This document shows, piece after piece, positions 24,825 to 36,733 of a stretch of 64,000 nucleotides of DNA. The notes under the pieces were generated by a model, which did not search any database, was not told the origin of the DNA, and worked only from the letters and a program-made list of their open reading frames with translations. Origin of the DNA: Octopus sinensis. Taxonomy: Eukaryota. Each line of letters starts with the position of its first letter. Positions within the stretch are counted from its first letter, which is position 1. The translations under genes and the position numbers were made by a program. The stretch is taken from NCBI RefSeq assembly GCF_006345805.1, contig NC_043001.1, positions 133,672,001 through 133,736,000 of the forward strand, read 5' to 3'.

Positions 24825-24863
24825 TGTGTGTGTGTGTGTGTGTGTGTTGTGTGTGTGAGAGAG

Positions 24864-24913
<50 letters not shown>

Positions 24914-25141
24914 CGTCCCCCCTCCCAACATCGCTTGACAACCGATACTGGTGTGTTTACGTCCCCGTCACTTAGCGGTTCGGCAAAAGGTACCGATAGA
25001 ATAAGTACTACTAGGCTTACAATAGAATAGGTCCCGGGGTCGAGTTGCTCGACTAAAGGTGACGCTCCAGCATGGCCACAGTCAAATGACTGAAACAAGT
25101 AAAAAAAAAAAAGTAATGACGGAAACTGAAAGAAGCCTGTC

Positions 25142-25205
<64 letters not shown>

Positions 25206-25428
25206 TGGTGTGTGTATGTGTTTGTGTGCCTGTGTTTGTCCCCCTAGCATTGCTTGACAACCGATGCTGGTGTGTTTACGTCCCCGTCACTTAACGGTTC
25301 GGCAAAAGGGACCGATAGAATAAGTACTACTAGGCTTACAATAGAATAAGTCCCGGGGTCGATTTGCTCGATTAAAGGTGACGCTCCAGCATGGCCACAG
25401 TCAATGACTGAAACAAGTAAAAAAAAAA
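24612..25428 (+). mobile_element. SINE family B with tandem duplication of its 3' two-thirds
   Basis: Second unit restarts at ACGGAAACTGAAAG (about 25119); both units share private variants such as AGTACTACTAGG. Confidence 0.85.
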
Positions 25429-25859
25429 TAATAAAAAAAAAGTAATGAATCCCAGGAAGTCAGATGTAGTTGTAGCTGGACTACCAAGAAGTCTTTTGTA
25501 AGTATGCGGCATACGTGTATTATATTGCAGTTGAGCAAAGTCCTAGAACCACCTCGGCGGGGGCTGTTATTCAACACCTAACCAACACTTGTCGATACCA
25601 CTTTTCACGGATGTTGACACCACTTTTCACGGGTGTCGATAAACAATTGAAATGTTGCTGTCGTCGACGTCGTCGCCGTCGCCACCGCCACCGCTGCTGC
25701 TGCTGCTTTTCCTGTTGTTGTTTGTTAGAAATCAGCCATTTCTGTAAGGAGAATAATTTTTTAAAAAAAGAGACATATATACACACACATATATATATAT
25801 ATGTACAAACACATATACACATATAGACACACACGTGCAGGTATACGTACGCACATGTA

Positions 25860-26003
25860 TGCACAAACACATACATGCAAACATACATACATACATACAT
25901 ACATACATACATACATACATACATACATACACACACACATACATACATACATACACACATACATACATACATACATACACACATACATACATACATACAT
26001 ACA

Positions 26004-26037
<34 letters not shown>

Positions 26038-26936
26038 CATACATACATACATGCAAACATACATACATGCAAACATACATACATGCAAACATACATACAT
26101 ACATACATACATACATACATACATACATACATACATACATACATGCAAACATACATACATGCAAACATACATACATACATACATACATACATACATACAT
26201 GCAAACATGCATACATACATACATACATACATACATACATACACGCAAACATGCATACATACATACATACATACATACATACATACATACATACGTACAC
26301 ATATTCATACATACATACATACATACTTACATACATACATACATGCATACATACATACATACAAACATGCATACATACATACATACATACATACATACAT
26401 ACAAACATACATACATACATACATATATACATACATACATACATGCATACATACATACATACATACATACATACATGCAAACATACATACATACATACAT
26501 GCATACCATACATACATACATACATACATACATACATACATACATGCAAACATGCATACATACATACATACATACATACATACATACATACATACATACA
26601 TACATACATACATACATACATTCATACATACATACATGCAATCATGCATACATACATACATACATACATACATACATACATACATACATACATACATACA
26701 TACATACATACATACATGCATACATACATACATACATACATACATACATACATCATCATCATTGTTCGACCGTGGTCGAGACCATGGAATTTACCATGCT
26801 ACGCCAGACTTCACGGTCCATCATGGCATTACGGATGTCCTGTTGCTGGATGCCTGTATCCCTGGAGATTACATACATACACATACATACATACATACAT
26901 ACATACATACATACATACATACATACATACATACAT
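25860..26936. repeat. About 1.1-kb (CATA)n array with CATGCAAA variants
   Basis: Direct inspection. Confidence 0.97.
26751..26874 (-). mobile_element. Extreme 3' fragment of RTE family 1 inside the (CATA)n array
   Basis: Matches the last roughly 120 bp of 5672-6081 and 47381-47918, with a (CAT)n tail. Confidence 0.9.
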
Positions 26937-27330
26937 GATGGCTGCCCCCCTCGTTACCGAGTATGGCCATTGCGTTATTGGTGCTGTGATTGAATGTGAA
27001 TTTTATTTGCTTTTTAAGGCTACACCAGGCATTCAGTTGAGACTCACAGCACTATAAACAATCATGAACAATGTTGTTATCGTGCAATGCCTGTGCAGGA
27101 AGATTTTTTTTTAAGTGAGGAAAGGCTGTGCACTGAGTCAATCCCACTCGCTAAGCTTAGAAATCATTGCGCGGGCGATCCTAAAGTGAGAATAAATATA
27201 TCAAGAATAATGCTAAATTATTTAGGTTACCAAACTTTCATGAATAAAAGCTACTTGTGTTTTTACATTTCAGACAACAAACCTTATAGTGTGCGACCAG
27301 TTGAAGCACTTGATGCTGCATTGCTGGGGT

Positions 27331-27364
<34 letters not shown>

Positions 27365-27386
27365 CCCCCACTCCTTCGCATCAAAG

Positions 27387-27622
27387 ACCTATTTCTTTAT
27401 TACCCACAAGGGGCTAAACACAGAAGGGACAAACAAGGACAGACAACGGTATTAAAGTCAATTACATCGACCCCAGTGCGTAACTGGTACTTAATTTATC
27501 GACCCCGAAAGGATGAAAGGCAAAGTCGACCTCGGCGGAATTTGAACTCAGAACGTAGCAGAGACGAAATACCGCAAAGCATTTCCCTCGACTTTCTAAC
27601 GTTTCTGCCAGCTCGCCGCCTT
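27387..27622 (-). mobile_element. Full-length SINE family A
   Basis: Head to tail match with 22162-22393. Confidence 0.9.
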
Positions 27623-27845
27623 AAAATACCGGTGATTGTCGAGCGCTGACGACGGTAAATACTCAGAAACTCGGGTCCGTGCGTATCACGTCAAGTCGAC
27701 GATGGGAAGGGTGGCTTCCTTTTGCAAATACTGATAGGGTACAGAAAGTGTGTCAATAGGCAGCTGGAGAAGATATTCTCCTGGGGCTACAAGCTACAGT
27801 AGTATCCATCCTTAGTGGTTAGCCACATTGAAGTGGCAAATATAC
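27623..27845 (+). mobile_element. Putative Penelope-like terminal-repeat fragment with degenerate hammerhead
   Basis: CTGACGA..GAAACTCGGGTC motif at about 27646-27677; near-duplicate of 29822-30008. Confidence 0.55.
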
Positions 27846-29837
27846 TCCAGATGTCAATACAGTTTTAACAGGAAGATTGGGAAGAATTGGAAGAAAGTTC
27901 TCCTGTAATTTCTTTTCGTGTAAACAAATGTTTATGTTAGTTTAAGAATTTGCCAGCAAAATCTTATAAAATGAAATGAAAATGAAAATATTGTAAGAGG
28001 TAAACATTCAGATAGAAATGAAATTCATTAAATACAAAAAGAAAAAGAAACAAAATAATATACACCAAAAGAAAAACAAAGACAACGAACGACATCCTCT
28101 AAAGTAGTTGGTTTCATCGACTGGAGGCCTGTCGCTTTCTATTAGTAATGTCTTCAGAGTCAGAGAAAAAAAACGTCTTTTCCGGCATTTTAACTCAACA
28201 TCTGTTGACTTATATCAAACATATGTTCTAACTGCAAACTACGTAACTGAAATAACGAAGGTCAGCTTAAACCGGAAACTGTACTCACTAGCTAAAAACC
28301 AATTTTTTTTTTTAAATCACCAAGGACTTGGGGTATAAATTAACAAACGTTACTGCTAGGAATGTAACACAAATACAAGTCAAACGCATCTAAAAAAAAA
28401 AAGTCTTTGGCGAAACCATAGTGCTGTGCTAATAGTAAATAAACCATTTAATCCTTCCACCCCAACACTTGTACACATTGGAATAAGAATGAAAGCTGTG
28501 TGTATATTGCTGATTAAGTTGTTTTAGCTTCTAGTCATGCGATACAGACTTTTGGTGATTCAATTACTAAAATATTTGAATTACATGATATTATACGGTA
28601 GCAATGACTTTCTGTATAATGAACTACGTTTAATTGTTTGTATGCTAACGTGTAATGTTTGCACCTTTTCATTCTAACTATACTTGTTCACACGACGGCA
28701 TGGATTTATTAAAACCACTATTTTAACAACCCAACTCGAACTTTCACTCAGTTTCATTTTACTGTTGTACTTTTACATTAAAATCCTGTCCTGCTAACAA
28801 TGTTTCATTTCATTGCTATAATGTACTATAGACCATAATCCTTAAATGTATAGTTTACATTCGTCGTAATACAGTATTGGCAAATAAATCTACTGATAAG
28901 ATTCTATCGTATATTATAGCATACGTTTGTTTAAACACATTACTCTTTAATATGCGTTAACTGGAGGTCTTGTATTAATAAAATGACGACGACCAAATAA
29001 ACGTTGGTATGGCTGCGTGGTTAAGAAGTTCGCTCTGCAATTTCATGATTTTGGGCTCGATCACATGATGTGGAAACTTGAACAAGAAGTTTCAAACAGA
29101 CCAAAGGCTTATGAGGAAAATTTGGGAGAAGGAATATATGCAGAAACCCATCGGAGGGGCAGTTCTTGTTGGATAGGTCACTTAATTCATCATCCGGTGT
29201 AACAAATTGTACTTGTTGTACCATGTTGTACCTAGGCATCTCTAGCTGAAGGGTCTCCACTTAAGAGCACCTTGTACTTTCGAACGCTTAGCAGAATCCA
29301 TTCTATTGCCAGCATTTAGGCCAGCTCTCTAATGTGAGATCAACTTTCTCCTACCACGCAGAAGGGCTCTAAAAAGATCGTAGGTTCCGGCCTTCATCTT
29401 CTGACTAATCCATCACAAAAACAGTGTTTTCTATTAAATAAAGGGTGGGTTAACTCACATTTTGCTATTTTCTATTCTCCTACGTTCTACTTATTGGTGT
29501 TAGCGGTAGAGACGGTGCACGTCTGGGTCCCAAAGCATTCAATGAGAAAACACTATGCAAGGAAGTGGTGTGCAGATATACATGACAAACTATCCACTGA
29601 AAACCTTGCAGTCGGAAGATGTTTCCTTATTACTCATTAGTAAAACAAAATAATAATAATAAATAAAAAAATAAATAAATTGGAACCACAATATTTTTAG
29701 GCCCTCTCAGATATGTGTGAACAATACGGTTCACGTTCAGTTTGAACTTGTGTAAATCTACGTCTATAGGGGAAAAGCATTTCGCCCGGCTTTCTAACGT
29801 TTCTGCCAGCTCGCCGCCTTTAAAGACCGGTGATTGT

Positions 29838-29882
29838 CGTGCGCTGACGACGGGTAAATACTCAGAAACCCGGGTCCGTGCG
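29838..29882 (+). ncRNA. Minimal type I hammerhead ribozyme motif (Penelope type)
   Basis: CGUGCG-CUGACGA-[CGGGU aaau ACUCA]-GAA-[AC ccgg GU]-C|CGUGCG. Six-bp stem I (two G:U), palindromic CCGG loop III, GUC cleavage site; C.A mismatch closes stem II. Confidence 0.7.
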
Positions 29883-30688
29883 TATCACGTCAGGTCGACG
29901 ATGGGAAGGGTGGCTTCCTTTTGCAAATACTGATAGGGTACAGAAAGTGTGTCAATAGGCAGCTGGAGAAGATATTCTCCTGGGGCTACAAGCTACAGTA
30001 GCATCCAACCTGCAACGCGCGTATTTGTGTGTGTGTGTGTGCGTGTGTGCCTATATGTTTATGGATGTGTTTATGCGTGCACCTGTGTGTGTGCGTATGT
30101 GTATGTATATGGATGTCTATGCGTGTATGTTTACGCGCGTGTGTGTGGATTTCCCGCCGTGCCGAAGTTTCTTCTGCAATACCACTTTCAGATATCGTAA
30201 ACACAAAATCTCAGACATAACGGCAGTGACACATCAAAATTTCCGTCTGTTGCCATCGATGAGGTTTTTCCCAACAGGTCGGCAGCTGCTTTTGCGACTA
30301 TAGAACAAAAGAACAGTACTTTCTAAGAGATGCTTTTCTGGATATTTTTGTACTGTAATTATACTCATCTATGAAGGCGTATGACTTTAGAGGTTAAGGG
30401 CATTCGGCATACAAAAGAATAAGTCCCGGGGTCGATTTGCTCGACTAAAGGCGGTGCTCCAGCATGGCCGCAGTCAAATGACTGAAACAAGTAAAAGAGT
30501 AAAAGAGTAGACTTCAAAAAATAAAATGTGAAATATTGTAAACACGTGGTGTGTTGTAATGTTGTAAATAGAGTCGACCTTCAGCGAAAATGTTCACCAA
30601 CGTTCATTCATGTAAATTATTTGGTAAGCTAGTCTATTGTAACGTCTATCTATTATTAGCACAGTTCAAGGCACTGTATAGGTGTGAG

Positions 30689-30719
<31 letters not shown>

Positions 30720-31243
30720 CTGTGTGTGTGTGTGCTTGTATAGGTATGTATGTGTGTGTGTGTGTTCGTGTATTAGATGATACATAAGTAAACCGGAAAT
30801 GTTGAAATATTTCTTATCCCTCGCTCTCTTGTTCTCTCTCTCTCTCTCTCTCCCTTACTTCCTCTCTATCTCACACACTTTACCTTCCTCTCCCTGCTCA
30901 CTTTTTTTCTCTTTCACATGTCTGCCGCTATTATCATACAACTCATGTCTTACACACTTTATTGCCTCTCTCTAACCCACGCATTTTGAGAAACATACTC
31001 ACGTGTACGCGTGGACACACAAGACAGATACCCATACACACACACACACACATACACAACACTGTCCCAGCCAGTTTAAATCATTTCCTAGTATTTACCC
31101 ACTGGAATTTCCTGGAATCTATTTCATACTGTGGTGGTGGTGGTGGTGGTGGCTTAGCTGATGGGGGTAAAAGTGGCGACGGGGTTATATACTGGCGGCA
31201 GTGACGGTGACAATGGTGGTTGTAGTGGTGGTGGTATACTGGT

Positions 31244-32012
31244 GCTGGCAGAAACGTTAGCACGCCGGGCGAAATGCTTCGCGGTATTTCGTCTGCCGTT
31301 ACGTTGTGAGTTCAAATTCCGCCGAGGTCGACTTTGCCTTTCATCCTTTCGGGGTCGATAAATTAAGCACCAGTTACGCACTGGTGTCGATGTAATCGAC
31401 TTAATACCTATGTCTGTCCTTGTTTGTCCCCTCTGTGTTTAGCCCCTTGTAGGTAGTAAAGAAATAGGTATTTCGTCTGCCGTTACGTTGTCTTCAAATT
31501 CCGCCGAGGTCGACTTTGCCTTTCATCCTTTCGGGGTCGATAAATTAAGTACCAGTTACGCACTGGTGTCGATGTAATCGACTTAATACCTATGTCTGTC
31601 CTTGTTTGTCCCCTCTGTGTTTAGCCCCTTGTAGGTAGTAAAGAAATAGGTATTTCGTCTGCCGTTACGTTGTCTTCAAATTCCGCCGAGGTCGACTTTG
31701 CCTTTCATCCTTTCGGGGTCGATAAATTAAGCACCAGTTACGCACTGGTGTCGATGTAATCGACTTAATACCTATGTCTGTCCTTGTTTGTCCCCTCTGT
31801 GTTTAGCCCCTAGTGGGTAGTAAAGAAATAGGTATTTCGTCTGCCGTTACGTTGTCTTCAAATTCCGCCGAGGTCGACTTTGCCTTTCATCCTTTCGGGG
31901 TCGATAAATTAAGTACCAGTTACGCACTGGGGTCGATGTAATCGACTTAATACCTATGTCTGTCCTTGTTTGTCCCCTCTGTGTTTAACCCCTTGTGGGT
32001 AGTAAAGAAATA
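31244..32012 (+). mobile_element. Tandem tetramer of SINE family A within one 15-bp TSD
   Basis: GGTAT junction at 31283, 31467, 31649, 31831 and 32013 (periods 184, 182, 182, 182); GGTATACTGGTGCTG at 31233-31247 and 32013-32027. Confidence 0.92.
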
Positions 32013-32366
32013 GGTATACTGGTGCTGCTGGTGACGATAGTGGTGGTGGCGATGATGGTGTGTCTGTCGAAAGTGGTGGTGGAGCAACTGGTACTGGTAA
32101 TTGTGGTTTTCCGTGAAAAATACCATGCTATGATTCACAGTAAAGTGTGCTGTGAAGCACAAACCTGCAACGCGCGTATGTGTGTGTGTGGTGTGTGTGT
32201 GTGCGTGCGTGTGTGCATATATGTTTATGGTTGTTTATGCGTGCGCCTGTGTGTGTGTGCGTATATATATGGATGTGTATGCGTGTATGTTTACGCGCGT
32301 GTGTGTGGATTTTCCCGCCGTGCCGAAGTTTCTTCTGCAATATCACTGTAAGATATCGTAAACACA

Positions 32367-33155
32367 ATGTGTGTGTGTATGTGTATGTATATGGATGTGA
32401 GTGCGTATGTGTATGTATATGGATGTGTGTGCGTATGTGTATGTATATGGATGTGTGTGTGTATGTGTATGTATATGGATGTGTGTGCGTATGTGTATGT
32501 ATATGGATGTGTGTGTGTATGTGTATGTATATGGATGTGTGTGCGTAGTGTATGTATATGGATGTGTGTGCGTATGTGTATGTATATGGATGTGTGTGCG
32601 TATGTGTATGTATATGATGTGTGTGTGTATGTGTATGTTATGGATGTGTGTGTGTATGTGTATGTATATGGATGTGTGTGTGTATGTGTATGTATATGGA
32701 TGGTGTGCGTATGTGTATGTATATGGATGTGTGTGTGTATGTGTATGTATATGGATGTGTGTGTGTATGTGTATGTATATGGATGTGTGTGCGTATGTGT
32801 ATGTATATGGATGTGTGTGTGTATGTGTATGTATATGGATGTGTGTGCGTATGTGTATGTATATGGATGTGTGTGCGTATGTGTATGTATATGGATGTGT
32901 GTGCGTATGTGTATGTATATGGATGTGTGTGTGTATGTGTATGTATATGGATGTGTGTGTGTATGTGTATGTATATGGATGTGTGTGTGTATGTGTATGT
33001 ATATGGATGTGTGTGCGTATGTGTATGTATATGGATGTGTGTGTGTATGTGTATGTATATGGATGTGTGTGCGTATGTGTATGTATATGGATGTGTGTGC
33101 GTATGTGTATGTATATGGATGTGTGTGCGTATGTGTATGTATATGGATGTGTGTA
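32367..33155. repeat. 28-bp minisatellite ATGGATGTGTGTG(C/T)GTATGTGTATGTAT, about 28 copies
   Basis: GGAT recurs every 28 bp (e.g. 32421, 32449). Confidence 0.95.
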
Positions 33156-33775
33156 TGTGTATGTTTACGCGCGTGTGTGTGGATTTCCCGCCGTGCCGAA
33201 GTTTCTTCTGCAATACCACTTTCAGATATCGTAAACACAAAATCTCAGACATAACGGCAGTGACACATCAAAATTTCCGTCTGTTGCCATCGATGAGATT
33301 TTTCCCAACAGGTCGGCAGCTGCTTTTGCGACTATAGAACAAAAGAACAGTACTTTCTAAGAGATGCTTTTCTGGATATTTTTGTACTGTAATTATACTC
33401 ATCTATGAAGGCGTATGACTTTAGAGGTTAAGGGCATTCGGCATACGATCATAAAGGTCGCGAGTTCAATTCCCGTTGGCTCATTGTCTCCTTGAGCAAG
33501 ACACTTTATTTTATGTTACTCCAGTCCACCCAGCTGGCAAAAATGAGTAGTCCTATATTTCAAAGGGCCAGTCTTGTCACACTAAATCTCCCTAAGAACT
33601 ACGTTAAGAGTACACGTGTCTGTGGAGGGTTCAACCATTTGCACGTTAATTTAACGAGTAGGCTTTTCTGTTGAACAAGTCAACTGGAAAACCTCTGATG
33701 GAGGACCAGTGTTTTTTTTTATGCTAATCTACTCAAATTGAACTGTTGGGTTTTGCATTTCTACCCTCTCTAGCA

Positions 33776-33921
33776 CAGTTGTGGGCAAACTGTGGCCCGC
33801 GGGACTTTATAAATAGCATGACAAACGAAAAATTACCTTGTATTTTTATTATAGTGCAGCCTGTCTGAGGAAGGGCCTTGTCTCATGCGACCTGCTTCTC
33901 GAAAAAGGTTGCCCATGCTTG
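33776..33921. mobile_element. hAT/Charlie-like MITE
   Basis: Ends CAGTTGTGGGCAAAC..GGCCCGCGGG / AAAAAGGTTGCCCATGCTTG; TSD poor. Confidence 0.5.
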
Positions 33922-34755
33922 TCCTAAAATGTCTCCTCTTGTCTGCACATAGCATACTGTGCACTAGCTCATTAAGGGTGGCGATAGTGGGGTAGGTCAT
34001 GCACTAACTTACGGACACGCTGGAGCACCGCCTTTAGTCGAGCGAATCGACCCCAGGACTTATTCTTCGCAAGCTTAGTACTTATTCTATCGGTCTGTTC
34101 TACCGAACCGCTAATGAAAGAAAAGAAAGAATAATAGATTTGTACAAAATTTATATATATATACATATATATAAATTAATAATAAATATTAGGGAATTGT
34201 CTCTAATTTAATATAATATACATATATATATATATATACTTTCATATAAGAGACTTAAGTGTACGTACATATAAGAGACCAAAGTGTACCCGTTGTTATG
34301 TCCTGTTATTTGTATTTGTGTACCATTTCTCCATTTTTTTCCGTCCTTATTTTCGTACACATTCGCTGCTTTCTTCCAAGGAATCTAATGCTCTTAGCTT
34401 AGTTTTTCCTTGGGGCTAGCCAGATTGGAGCCATCTCTAGAATAGCCAGCGAAAATTGCAAAGATAATCTGGAACTCGATTTAGTGTGGATGCACAATAT
34501 CAAATAATTCAATCACAACATATATTTAAATTGAACACGAAAAAAAATTGAAATATTATCATCACTTACATGGAAAAATTGAAATATATCTTTCAGTATT
34601 TTATAAGGTAAAAACTTAAATTATTAATTGACACATTATTAATTATCTTATAACAGCAATGCCTGGAAAAATCATGGATTACATGGAAAAATGCAAGCAT
34701 GAAAAGTCATATTCTTAAGATTATAAACCTGGAAAAGTACAGGACAAGTTATTAC

Positions 34756-34816
<61 letters not shown>

Positions 34817-34831
34817 ATGTGTACATGTGTG

Positions 34832-36189
34832 CAGCATTCCACAATTGCCAGAAGAAGGCAGAGAATTTTCTTTCTTGATGCTCCTGGTGGCACAGGTAAA
34901 ACATTTGTAACATTGCTTCTCTCCAAGGTAAGATAACAAAAAAGAATTACCGTTGCTATACCATTGTCTAGCTTTGCTGCCACCATTCTCCCAGGAGGAC
35001 AAACAGCTCATTCTGCTTTTAAATTACCACTAAACCTGGTCACAAATGACAGTCTAATTTGTAACATAAGCAAAGAATCAAGTTCAACAGAAGTTTTATG
35101 CTAATGCCACCTTATTATTTGGGCTGAATGCCCCATGTCGCATAGAGGTGCAATGGAAGCTCTTGGTAAGACCTTACAGGACATCAGAGGCAGCAATAAA
35201 TCTGTGGATGGAATTACATTAGTTTTATCAGGAGAATTCAGACAGACATTACCAGTCATTCCAAGACGATGAAATAAAAGCATGCATTAAGTCTTCACAC
35301 CTATGAAATAAAAATAAAGTACTGAAATTCTCATTCAATACTAATATGTGAGCTTTATTACATGGGGACCAATGTGCAAAACAGCTTTCAACCTGGCTCC
35401 TCCAATTGGGAAATGGCAAAGTACCATTTGATGGCATCAGTTTGGCTCATATTGCTATCATAGTGAATTCCCCAGCTGAATTGAAGAACGGTATTTCCAA
35501 ACTTAAGTAATAATTATAATTCACATAAATGGTTGTGTGAAAGGATAATTCTTGCTCCAAAAAACGAGACAGTAGCAAGGATTAACCATGAATTAATGAA
35601 TAAGATTCCAACAGTCATCAAGAAGTACAAATTAGTTGATTCAGTTCTTGATGAAATTCTAGCTGTCCATTACCCAACAGAGTTCCTTAATTCTCTTGAG
35701 CCACCTGGAACTCCTTCATATAAACTTTTTCTGAAGGTAAGAGTTCCAATAATGCTTCTAAGAAATTTAGATTCTCCTAAATTATGCAATGATCATGAAG
35801 ACATTACCACCTAATGTGACAGAAGCTACCATCATCAATGGATGTGCCTCTGTGGAAGAGGCTTTCATTCCAAGAATTCCAATCAAACCAACAGATATGC
35901 CATTTGAGTTCAAATGAACACAATTCACAGAGTGACTTTGCAAAGCAAAGTCTATTAATAAAGCTCAAGGTCAGTCTTTGAAATCTACTGGATTGCACTT
36001 AATTAGGCCTTACTTTTCTCATGGTCACCTTTATGTTTGGGTAGGTAGTTTGCAAGATTTATTGGTCTATGCTCCAAACCAGAAAACAAAGAATGTTGTT
36101 TACCCAGAAGCTCTAACATAACTTCCTTCAACATATGTGGTAGAATTTATCTCCTTTCATAAAAGTGGTAAATTTTGTATTTTCGTTTA

Positions 36190-36274
<85 letters not shown>

Positions 36275-36440
36275 TTTTATGAATTCAGAATTGATTTTCC
36301 AATTAAAGAACAGATTGTAACCCAATTGAAGAATAAATTGAATTTAGAATAACAAATTTCTATACAACATATTTTGCTTTTTTTCTTCCAATATATAAGG
36401 AAAAATTTCATTCCCGGGCAAGGCCGGGTGCCTCTGCTAG
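34832..36440 (+). mobile_element. 3' portion of an autonomous-type Helitron: PIF1 helicase pseudogene plus terminus
   Basis: FFLDAPGGTGKTF (Walker A), TAHSAFKLP, FRQTLPVIP, ERIILAPKN, YPTEFLNSL, PIMLLRNL, SINKAQGQSL, FSHGHLYV, NVVYPEAL*, with many stops and frameshifts. Hairpin CCCGG-GCAAGG-CCGGG (36413-36428), then CTAG (36437-36440)|T. Confidence 0.92.
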
Positions 36441-36596
36441 TATCACATATAAGGAGACATAATTATTTATAATGATTTCTGATGAAAATTACAAGATAAA
36501 AATTGTTGCCTTCATACCGGATAAAAAAATACTGAGATGTTGTGACTGCCACATGACCCTCACGAGTTGTACTAAATGTAAAGTTGGTGTTTTATT

Positions 36597-36733
36597 GATT
36601 TGTTCCACCAGGGTTTGCAAGACGTCCTCGTCGAGCACTACAGATCTTCCAGGACGTAGCTAGTCTTCTAGGCTGTAGTTTCCAGCTCAGAATTTCTGGA
36701 ACCACCATTGACACTGGTTTCCACTTATTGCAA
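36597..36733 (-). mobile_element. Isolated mariner transposase N-terminal fragment
   Basis: CQWWFQKF*AGNYSLED*LRPGRS..LDEDVLQTLVEQ; near-identical to 43068-43203. Confidence 0.85.
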
